DNA of 32,000 nt from Horticoccus luteus (lineage in GTDB: Bacteria; Verrucomicrobiota; Verrucomicrobiia; Opitutales; Opitutaceae): contig NZ_CP080507.1 in NCBI RefSeq assembly GCF_019464535.1, forward strand, positions 2,610,001 through 2,642,000, in the 5' to 3' direction. Below are positions 1 to 7,841 of this stretch, piece after piece. Within the stretch, counting starts at the first letter, position 1. The number at the start of each line of letters is the position of its first letter. A model generated the notes under the pieces. The model was not told the DNA's origin, ran no database searches, and saw nothing but the letters and a program-made list of their open reading frames with translations. The position numbers and the translations under genes were made by a program.

Positions 1-642
1 ATTGGCGTAGGAAGAGGACGTACCAAGGCTGAACGCGCCGGAAGACGTTAGGGCGACGCGGAATGTGATGTTGACGAAGGAGTCGTCAGCGAGTGTCCAC
101 GCGCCAACGGAACCGGCCGACTTGCCCGAGCCCAGCTTGAGCGCGCTTTGATAGCCGTCGAGTAGGCCAGCAATGGTGGTTGTGCCGCCAAAGACCTCGT
201 TGCCCCATGTGCCACCTTTGAAGTTGGCGAACAAGCCGTTGTCGTCGGCAAAATTACCCGCCGCACCGGGCGGCGTGCCGCCGTCGCTAAACAAGCCAAG
301 TTGATTGACGCGATTGCCGGTGATGGCGTTGGTCCAACCCGCAGAACTCTTCATCTTGTAAGAGATCGTTTGGAGCGAAGTGCCAGCCGTCGGCACCTCC
401 ATCGCGATAGGCACGAAATTGGTGGTCACGAAGACCATTCTTCCGCCTGCAGGCACGGAAAACGTGTAAGTGCCGGATCCCGGATCGAATGTCGCCGCCT
501 GATTCTGTGTGCCGACAAGTGCGCCGGTATTGTCGTAGGCGGTCCACCGCAATTGGGCATGGAGCGGCGAAACTAAAACGCCCAGCGCCACCAAGAAAGT
601 CGCAGTCACGAGCGCGCGAAAAAGTATAGCCGATACGGACAT
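1..642 (-). CDS. secreted hypothetical protein, N-terminal 214 codons only (ORF runs off the left window edge)
   Basis: Not in the supplied track, because it has no stop inside the window. The reverse-strand frame from the ATG at 642-640 is open to position 1. I read all plus-strand frame-1 triplets and found no tta/cta/tca. The N-terminus MSVSAILFRALVTATFLVALGVLVSPLHA/QL is a classical signal peptide, and the body is Gly/Thr/Ser/Ala-rich like the neighbouring surface proteins. Track ORFs 48..299 and 287..646 are Arg-rich shadow frames of this gene. Confidence 0.6.
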   Translation of the reverse strand, partial: MSVSAILFRALVTATFLVALGVLVSPLHAQLRWTAYDNTGALVGTQNQAATFDPGSGTYTFSVPAGGRMVFVTTNFVPIAMEVPTAGTSLQTISYKMKSSAGWTNAITGNRVNQLGLFSDGGTPPGAAGNFADDNGLFANFKGGTWGNEVFGGTTTIAGLLDGYQSALKLGSGKSAGSVGAWTLADDSFVNITFRVALTSSGAFSLGTSSSYAN

Positions 643-935
643 ACACACGACGGATGAATATCTGGAGAGACTCATAAGAAAGGGGCCGACTGTCGGGAAA
701 CCTGATGAGGTTCGACGAGAGACAAAGAAGCTGGGAAAGACGCAGGGACTAAGGGGGCGAACACGTGAATCCAACGAACAAGTCCGTTAAACAACAAGGC
801 GCGCGCCGTGCGCATCGTTGACCAGACGGGGTACGGAGCCGATCAAGTGTGCGACGCTCGTTTGATTATTCCAATGAACGAAATTCAAACGCTCGACCAA
901 TGACGTTCAGATCGATTTTCACAGGAGACTTCACG

Positions 936-2999
936 TCAGCGGCCAGAAGCAGCGCCGGCTTGCCGAAGACGAGCGGCAGCCAAACTCTGCGCGGCACGGG
1001 GATGCTCAGGTTCGAGAGCAAGTACGCTTTCGTACTCATGTACGGCGTCGTCATACCTTCCCAATAGGGCATACGTATTCCCAAGATTGTAGTGAGCGGG
1101 GACCATCGAAGAGTCGATCTTCGTGGCAGTTGCGTATTCCACGGCGGCATCGGGCAGTCGCCCCGCCTGCGCCAACGCGTTTGCGAGATTATAATGCGCC
1201 ATAGCCGAGCGCGGATCCTCTTTGACCGCCAGTCTCATTTCGTTCTGTGCCTCGTCCCACCGGCCTTGCGTCGCAACCAGGAAACCAAGGTTGAACCGAG
1301 CCTCCATCAATCCCGGAGCGGCCTTGATCGCTGCACGCAAATGCGCTTCCGCCGCGAAAGGGTCGTTCAATTGCATCTCCAACGTTCCAAGGCGTAGAAG
1401 CGTGGTCGGTTCGTCGGGGGTAAGATGCAGTGCCGCGAGATAGTGGCTCCGTGCCTCTTCCGCCCTACCCGCTTCGGCGAGGACGTTGCCCAAGTTGTAA
1501 TGCGCTCCCGCATAATTGGGATTGATTGCTAAAGCTCGAGAAAAGGCCGCAATTGCCTCTGGACTCCGTCCGCGCTTATGGAATGCAACTCCGAGGTTGT
1601 TTAGAGACTCGACGTAAAGCGGATCGACGCTCAAGCCAGCTTGATAGGCGATGATCGCTTCATCGATCATTCCCTCATCTGAGAGTGCGTTTCCCAAAGC
1701 ATCATAGCCTCTAGGGTTTTGCGGACATTTGGCGATGTTGTCGCGCCACAAGATCAGCGTGGACCGATAGTCGTCGTTGCGAGCCCGCGTGAGACCTATG
1801 CAAGCCATTGATACCAGCATCCAAAGCAGAAACGTGCGCCGCCCAAAAAGCCGATACAAGCAAGCGACCGTGACAACAATTACGGCGGCTAAAGAAAGGT
1901 ACATCCGATGTTCCGCCATGCTCTGAGTGACGACTGGCATCACACTCGAACTAGGAGCAAGAATGGCGAAAAACCAAAAACCGACAAAACCGAACGCGCT
2001 GCCCCGCCAGATGCCGCGGGCAGTCATGCCGGCTAAGCCGACCAACACTATTCCCTGCGGCCAAATTGACCAAGGCGAGCGCACCAAGTGTGTCCCATAA
2101 TCAATAATCAGCGGCGATGGCCAATACGAGAGTCTTAAATAGTGAATGATCGCCTGAAACTGCGTAAGCCCATAATCCCAAGATCCAATCCCAACATTGA
2201 AACCCGCGCTCCCGCTCCTGCTGCCGCTACCGATCACCAGCCAGAAAAGCAGCGCCCACGTGGCAGCGAGCGCGCTGTAGAAGATACGTCGTTGCCGCCA
2301 AGCTACGCTAAAGCTGCCGGAAAGGAATGTGCGATCGTAAAGCAGCACCATCAGCGGAGCCGAAACCATCACTTCTTTGGTGCCCATACCCAATAGACAC
2401 CCGATCACGGCCAGCCAAAACCACGTCCGAGTCCCGCCGGTAGCGCCGCGAATAAAACAATAGAGCGTGGCAAAGTAAAAGAATCCCATCAACGACTCCA
2501 CTCGTTGAACGATATAGGTGACTGACTCTGTTTGGAGAGGATGCACAGCCCAAACAACTGCGGTGGCCAAGGCTAACCCACGGGCATCCGCGCCGAAAGT
2601 TGTTTGAAGCATTGGTAGGCTCAACGTCCGGCCTAGGATACCGAAAAGCAGCAGTGCGGCCCCCAAATGAATCAAAAGGTTGACCGCATGATAGAAAACG
2701 GGATTCACGCCTCCTAAAGCGTGATTAAAAGCCAGAGTAAGGTTGGCGACAGGGCGTCCCGTAACCGTGCGGTATGCCGGTGGGTGAAGGGGGCCTGACA
2801 ACGGCCACAGCGGACTCAGACTGGGGTTATCATCGATCGCTGCGACATCATCAAATACCAACGGGCCGTGCATACTGTTGGAATATGCGATCAAGCCAAC
2901 CACGACGATAAGGCCCGCACAAGCTGCTGCGCGCCATAGACCGTTGAGATTATAGATGTTGGCGTAAAACGGAGCCCTCACCGCAACATCATTGGCCAT
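936..2999 (-). CDS. TMTC-like GT-C fold glycosyltransferase (DUF1736-type polytopic N-domain) with C-terminal TPR repeats
   Basis: 687-aa ORF with ATG at 2999. The N-terminal ~430 aa hold many hydrophobic helices. The first loop carries LVFDDVAAIDDNPSL, followed by GRPVANLTLAFNHALGGVNPVFYHAVNLLIH and GMGTKEVMVSAPLMVLLYD. I recognise these as the TMTC / protein O-mannosyltransferase-like signature. The C-terminal ~250 aa are repeated TPR units (…AIAAFSRALAINPNYAGAHYNLGNVL…, …AHYNLANALAQAGR…, …AHYNLGNTYALLGR…). Confidence 0.85.
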   Translation of the reverse strand: MANDVAVRAPFYANIYNLNGLWRAAACAGLIVVVGLIAYSNSMHGPLVFDDVAAIDDNPSLSPLWPLSGPLHPPAYRTVTGRPVANLTLAFNHALGGVNPVFYHAVNLLIHLGAALLLFGILGRTLSLPMLQTTFGADARGLALATAVVWAVHPLQTESVTYIVQRVESLMGFFYFATLYCFIRGATGGTRTWFWLAVIGCLLGMGTKEVMVSAPLMVLLYDRTFLSGSFSVAWRQRRIFYSALAATWALLFWLVIGSGSRSGSAGFNVGIGSWDYGLTQFQAIIHYLRLSYWPSPLIIDYGTHLVRSPWSIWPQGIVLVGLAGMTARGIWRGSAFGFVGFWFFAILAPSSSVMPVVTQSMAEHRMYLSLAAVIVVTVACLYRLFGRRTFLLWMLVSMACIGLTRARNDDYRSTLILWRDNIAKCPQNPRGYDALGNALSDEGMIDEAIIAYQAGLSVDPLYVESLNNLGVAFHKRGRSPEAIAAFSRALAINPNYAGAHYNLGNVLAEAGRAEEARSHYLAALHLTPDEPTTLLRLGTLEMQLNDPFAAEAHLRAAIKAAPGLMEARFNLGFLVATQGRWDEAQNEMRLAVKEDPRSAMAHYNLANALAQAGRLPDAAVEYATATKIDSSMVPAHYNLGNTYALLGRYDDAVHEYESVLALEPEHPRAAQSLAAARLRQAGAASGR

Positions 3000-3083
3000 C
3001 GAATCGAATCAGAGCGAGCGTTTCAGAACGCACTCAGCACGAAGTGCAAAGCAGCATCACGAGGCAATGTAGAAACGCCAAAT

Positions 3084-3118
3084 AAAAAAGCGGAGAAGCG
3101 AAACAAGTCGCTCTCCGC
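3084..3118 (-). terminator. rho-independent terminator of the PEP-CTERM gene
   Basis: On the minus strand, 24 nt after the stop at 3142: GCGGAGAGCGA-cttgtt-TCGCTTCTCCGC (one bulge) followed directly by TTTTTT (plus-strand A-run 3084-3089). Confidence 0.7.
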
Positions 3119-3141
3119 TTCGGTTGGACATCCTACCGGAG

Positions 3142-4059
3142 TCAAGCAGTTCGGGCCTTGGCCCATCGGCGATATCCGGCAAGAGCCAATACAATCAGGC
3201 CAAATCCCATAGCGTAACTGGCGGGCTCTGGCACAGGGGCGAGCGAAGATGTTAGTGAAACATCGAAAAATTTATAGGACCCTGTCTGGGCGGAAGTCGT
3301 TCCGATGGCGATGGTATCAAACCCAGTCACATAGCTAGCACCGGACAAACCAGTCCCAGAGCCGGTCGCGGCAAAAATCGTGGAAGATGTCGTCGTATTC
3401 GACATCGTATAGCTGAAATCCATCTGCGTAGCCGACGTCGCTGTGATGGTGTAGGTAATATTGTAGTTATGCGATGAATCGAGAGTAAAGCTGCCGCTGG
3501 GAATTGTCGGCGACGTGGCCGGCGTGCCTACGGTCGGATAAGTCACAACCGCCGAGCCCGCCGAGAGAGCCCAAGGAGTCGTGGATCCGACAATATTTGT
3601 GTTCGTACCGCTACGATAATCGAACTGCCCGGCCGAAGCGTTGCTAGGGCCGGGGTTGAGCAACAATCCGTAACCCGTATAGTTGGCGAAAGCGCTGTTA
3701 GCGGTTGAGCCCGCGAGATTGCTAGTGACTTGATTATTGGTCGAGCTGGTGCTGTTTGAGTTTTGCAGAGTGAGATAGAAGGTCCGTGAACTGCTAACAG
3801 AAGAGCCGCTCGCCAACGTGAAATTCGCCGACAGCGTGAGGGTTTCACCAAGTGAAATGACATATTGATTGCCCGGTGTTGCAAAATACGTCAGCGCTGC
3901 GTTGGTCGTTGAAGCCGTGGTGACCAGATCACCACCCGCAATGGTAGGTTTGGTACCGAGAAACCAACCGGAAAAATCGGTGGTAGAATATACAGTCGAT
4001 TGTGCCGACAGCATAGAAGTTGAAAGCAAGATCAGACCTACTGTAATAATTTTCTTCAT
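3142..4059 (-). CDS. PEP-CTERM sorting-domain surface protein (Thr/Ser-rich)
   Basis: Track ORF 3142..4176 trimmed to the internal ATG at 4059, because MKKIITVGLILLSTSMLSAQ is a clean signal peptide. The C-terminus VPEPASYAMGFGLIVLALAGYRRWAKARTA is a PEP motif, a TM helix and a basic cluster. The body shares the YF..(x)..LxxGETLT…F.L.L.NS pattern with the recurrent domain of the giant ORF. Confidence 0.85.
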   Translation of the reverse strand: MKKIITVGLILLSTSMLSAQSTVYSTTDFSGWFLGTKPTIAGGDLVTTASTTNAALTYFATPGNQYVISLGETLTLSANFTLASGSSVSSSRTFYLTLQNSNSTSSTNNQVTSNLAGSTANSAFANYTGYGLLLNPGPSNASAGQFDYRSGTNTNIVGSTTPWALSAGSAVVTYPTVGTPATSPTIPSGSFTLDSSHNYNITYTITATSATQMDFSYTMSNTTTSSTIFAATGSGTGLSGASYVTGFDTIAIGTTSAQTGSYKFFDVSLTSSLAPVPEPASYAMGFGLIVLALAGYRRWAKARTA

Positions 4060-4262
4060 GGTGAGGGGGAGTGGCAGAAGCGTCTCAGTCCTTGTTTCTC
4101 GTGTAGACAGCTGCGTGGGGAATAGTTTGTTGATGCCAGTCTCGACGCCATAGCACAAACGAACACCCATTCTCATCGTTGATTACGTTGTATGCGAACG
4201 CGTTACGAAAGTTAAAATTGCAGCGACAGCGGTTGCGCGCGAGACCGATAGGGTTCAAGGAA

Positions 4263-7200
4263 CTACAACTCGAACGTCGTCGTCAGGATGAACTGTCGGG
4301 GGTCGACTATTCGGTAGGCGCTGGGAGTGCCGTCGGGGAAGGCGCGGATCGGTTTCAGGCCCCCAGCCTCCTGCAGGTTCCGGACGTTAAAGCGTATCGC
4401 GACGCCGTATTTGTTGAAGATTTTCGTCTTATACCCGAGGAAGGCGTCAAAATAGAAATGTGCCCCATCCCAGATGGGATTGTCGGCATCGAGGTGCGTG
4501 ATCGGCTGGTTGTTCGCCAGCGCTTGCTGGTAGTTCTGACCATAATAACCGATGGCGCCTTTGTCCTCCCACCGCACCGCGCCACCGATGCTGAATTTCT
4601 TTGCGATGGCGTTGTCCGTGATGCCTTCCAACTGGAGGTTGGTGCTCAGCTTGAAGCCGTATCGACGCACCGCCGGTTGCGACTTGCCGAGGGTCTCGCG
4701 AATCACGCTGTAGGGCGCGTCGACAAAGCTCGCGTAGTTCGCCGCGGCCGTTTGGGAGCCACCATAGGTGGTATTGGTCCACCACAAGCGGTTGGCGCTG
4801 CCATCCGGCAAGGTCGCAAAGCGCGGGTCCTGAATCGTCGTCCAAAGCGGCAGACGTTCGTCGAGGTAATCTTGGATCGCGCCCGATACGTTTGTGTTCA
4901 CCGCTTTCGTCTCGTTGGCGTTGAAAGCGACGGTCCAGAAGTTCGTTGGGTTGTAGTTGATCTCGATTTCCACACCTTTGCCGGTGATGTCGTTGGTCGC
5001 CGCGAGGGTGCCGTTGCGATAGTTGTCGACGAGGGCGGCGTAGCGGGCCGGGTCCAACTTGATTTCTTTGAACACCTCGGCCTCCACTTGGTCGGGCGTC
5101 CAACTCGGATTCAGCGCTGTCACCCAATTGGTCGCCTGGGTGTAGAGTTTAAAGCCGTCGGACTGACCAGCATCAATGTCGTGGCGGAGCACGCGTTGGG
5201 CGATGGTGTTGGCATCGCCATCGCGCGCGTTGAACTGCGTGTTTTCGTATTTGTTGACGCGCACGACCAGCTTGCCGTCGAGCATGTTCAACCAGAAGCC
5301 GTAGTCCTTGCCCTTGCCCGTGGTGTTGGGCAGTGGCTGCAGCTTGAGATCCACGGCGGGAGGCGCGGGAATGAAGTTATCTGACTGGTTATAGGTAAAC
5401 GAGAGGCCTTGGAGGACCTCGCCGAAGAACCCTTTCGCGCCGCCCCCACTCTGCCAGCGCCGGACAAAGTCGAAATCGCGAAACGCGCGCACCACGACGC
5501 CGGCCGTTTGCGTGCGCCCACTGCTCGTGCGCCAGTCGGGCTGCCAACTGTTGATGCGGTCATAGTCGAAGACGGTGTTATCGGGGACGCCGGCGGCGGC
5601 GGCATCGGCGCCGGTCAGAAACCTCTGCGGGGTGGCACCGTTCTTCGAGTAAACCTTGTCGAGCCGGGCGCCGAATGTCGTGACGACTTTATCCTGAAGG
5701 AAGTGACTTTGGATCACGAAGCCCGGCGTCTTGATGATTTGCTTCAAATTGGCGGTGCCGCCAGTGCCATCAGTGGTGGGAAGCTGGCCGAGCGTGATCG
5801 GATCGTAGTGCCAGGAGCCGGTATTGCCCCACACGAAGGGATAAGTGCCGTAATTGTAGGAATGCGGCGCGTAGTCGACGTTGGTGCCGTTGGCATCGCC
5901 AACATAGTAGCGATAGAAGCCGCGCATGATATTGGGGCCGGCCTGCGGACCGCCCGCGATGCTGCTTTGATTGGCGCGCGCATAGTTGGGCACGATACCG
6001 CCGACACCGACAGCAGACCACGCGGTGTCCGAAGTCATGACATCGCGGTAAGCATATTGGCGGTTGATGCGGTATTTGTAATCCGCATAGGCGCTCATTT
6101 GATGCAGGCCGAGCCACTTGAGCCAGGTCGTCTCGTGCGTGAGATCGAGCGTATAAGCGAGCTGACCGCGATAGGTTTCCCACTTGGCGGGGGAAAGCGT
6201 CGTCCGCGGCTCAAGCACGCCGATGAAGGGACGGCCGAAGTTCGGGTTGGCGGTGCCGTCGAGGTTGCGGGTGTTGACGTCGACCCAGAGCTGGCCGGTC
6301 TGGCCGCTCGTGCCGGAGTTGCTGGCCGGCGTGCTCCGATAACGCTCGGCATCTTCCAGGAACAAGGCCGCGGAGGCCGCGAGCCGATGGCGTTCGGTGT
6401 TGAGCAGAATCTGATCGAGTTGCACGAGGTAGGTGTCCGTGCGATCGCCAAACTGATCGATGGAGGAAAGATTGATGCGCGACCAATCGTAGAGTTCCTG
6501 GCTGCTCGTGGTGGGGGTGGTGGTGAACAGCGGCTGGTTGTCAAAGCGGCCGGCCACCGTCGAAGGAAAGAGCAGCGAAGGGCTCGGTCCCATCAAACGA
6601 ACGGTGCCGGAGTTGGCGGCGGGACTGTTGCCAGTCGTGGAAATGGGCGCGGTCCAATACGTGATGCCGGATCCATCGACGAAGATGTTGCTCCGCTGAA
6701 AAGCGCCGCCCGACCGGCTGAAGAAATTCGGGAGGTTCACATCGGTGATCGGGAGGTTACTGCCGGCGATCGTCGTGGGGACGTTCGGATTGGTGGTCGC
6801 GTTGTAAGCGGGATTCGCGCCGTAGGTTTGGCCGTTCAGCGTATAGGTTTGGGTGACCGGGTCCCAACCGGGGCGGCCGGCTTGCACCCACGCAGAAACG
6901 TAATCGCGAGGCGTGGTGTTATTCGGCCGGTTGCCCACGCCGTAGTAGCGCAGGTAGGAGGCGGAGAGCGTCGTGCTCTTAAACGGGCGCCATTTGATCA
7001 TCGCATCGAGGCGCTTCGTATCGAAGCCGGACGGTTTGCGCAGGAAGCCATCGTGCTGATCGGCGCCGTTGATGCGGATGGCGAGCTTACCCTTCAGGAT
7101 CACCTGGTTGATGTCGAAGGTCGCGCGCCAACCATCGTAACTGTCGGCGCGAAGCTGGGTTTTGACTTTGGTCCGCGAGAGGTTCGCAGCGATCGGCACC

Positions 7201-7841
7201 TGATTGACGGTGCCGGAAGGGTTGCCGAGGCCGAAGACGTTGGCGTTGGGACCGCGACTGACTTCGATGCCGTCCACGATGAGCGGATCGATCGGCGTGC
7301 GGCCCATCATCTCGAAATTGCCATAGGAGATATTGGCCGACGCAATGCCACGCACGCGATTGGCGCCGTTGGGGTTGCCTTGGGAATTATCGGTCACCTG
7401 GCCGTTGCGATCGACCGTCACGTCCGTGTAGGTGCCACTGCCCTCGGTATTGCCGGTGTAGAGAAAGATATCGTTGATATCGATCATCGCGAAGTCGTCC
7501 ATCTGCTCCTTGGTGACCACCGAAATAGACGAGGCCAGGTCCTCGATCTTGGTGTTCAGGCGCGTGCCTGACATGGTGTTGGACGCGAAATAACCCTTCG
7601 TATCCGAAACGACTTCGAAGGGCGAAAGCACTTCGATTTCATCGCGGTGCTGCTCGGATTGCTCGGCACTTGATGCCACCGGCGGTGGCACCGCTGTGGG
7701 CAAAGGCGTGACGGGAGGGTGCTCATCGTGCGCGGGCGCGGCCGCGTCTTGCGCGACTGCGATCGAAACGGCGGCGGTGGCGAGGCAAACCGGAATCAGG
7801 ACCAGCCGGCCCAAAAAGCGAAGCGAAGGTTGCGGGGTCAT
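4263..7841 (-). CDS. TonB-dependent outer-membrane receptor (long, ~1190 aa type)
   Basis: Signal peptide (…CLATAAVSIAVAQD), a Pro-rich linker, then LSPFEVVSDTKGYFASNTMSGTRLNTKIEDLASSISVVTKEQMDDFAMIDINDIFLYTGNTEG, which is a plug-domain-like segment. A long Gly/Tyr/Asn/Thr-rich barrel-like body ends …LTTTFEL. Its ATG (7841-7839) overlaps the TGA (7840-7838) of the upstream giant ORF. Confidence 0.9.
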   Translation of the reverse strand: MTPQPSLRFLGRLVLIPVCLATAAVSIAVAQDAAAPAHDEHPPVTPLPTAVPPPVASSAEQSEQHRDEIEVLSPFEVVSDTKGYFASNTMSGTRLNTKIEDLASSISVVTKEQMDDFAMIDINDIFLYTGNTEGSGTYTDVTVDRNGQVTDNSQGNPNGANRVRGIASANISYGNFEMMGRTPIDPLIVDGIEVSRGPNANVFGLGNPSGTVNQVPIAANLSRTKVKTQLRADSYDGWRATFDINQVILKGKLAIRINGADQHDGFLRKPSGFDTKRLDAMIKWRPFKSTTLSASYLRYYGVGNRPNNTTPRDYVSAWVQAGRPGWDPVTQTYTLNGQTYGANPAYNATTNPNVPTTIAGSNLPITDVNLPNFFSRSGGAFQRSNIFVDGSGITYWTAPISTTGNSPAANSGTVRLMGPSPSLLFPSTVAGRFDNQPLFTTTPTTSSQELYDWSRINLSSIDQFGDRTDTYLVQLDQILLNTERHRLAASAALFLEDAERYRSTPASNSGTSGQTGQLWVDVNTRNLDGTANPNFGRPFIGVLEPRTTLSPAKWETYRGQLAYTLDLTHETTWLKWLGLHQMSAYADYKYRINRQYAYRDVMTSDTAWSAVGVGGIVPNYARANQSSIAGGPQAGPNIMRGFYRYYVGDANGTNVDYAPHSYNYGTYPFVWGNTGSWHYDPITLGQLPTTDGTGGTANLKQIIKTPGFVIQSHFLQDKVVTTFGARLDKVYSKNGATPQRFLTGADAAAAGVPDNTVFDYDRINSWQPDWRTSSGRTQTAGVVVRAFRDFDFVRRWQSGGGAKGFFGEVLQGLSFTYNQSDNFIPAPPAVDLKLQPLPNTTGKGKDYGFWLNMLDGKLVVRVNKYENTQFNARDGDANTIAQRVLRHDIDAGQSDGFKLYTQATNWVTALNPSWTPDQVEAEVFKEIKLDPARYAALVDNYRNGTLAATNDITGKGVEIEINYNPTNFWTVAFNANETKAVNTNVSGAIQDYLDERLPLWTTIQDPRFATLPDGSANRLWWTNTTYGGSQTAAANYASFVDAPYSVIRETLGKSQPAVRRYGFKLSTNLQLEGITDNAIAKKFSIGGAVRWEDKGAIGYYGQNYQQALANNQPITHLDADNPIWDGAHFYFDAFLGYKTKIFNKYGVAIRFNVRNLQEAGGLKPIRAFPDGTPSAYRIVDPRQFILTTTFEL

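Noticed and set aside
48-646. Track ORFs 48..299 and 287..646 on the minus strand.
   Set aside because: They are Arg/Cys-rich and lack features. A third minus frame, open from 642 to the window edge, has a proper ATG and signal peptide, so I prefer it.
4196-4203. Perfect 8-bp palindrome AACGCGTT between the TBDR stop and the PEP-CTERM gene. I also looked for a terminator after the TBDR gene.
   Set aside because: It is too short, with no flanking stem extension or T-run. I could not support a terminator or operator call.
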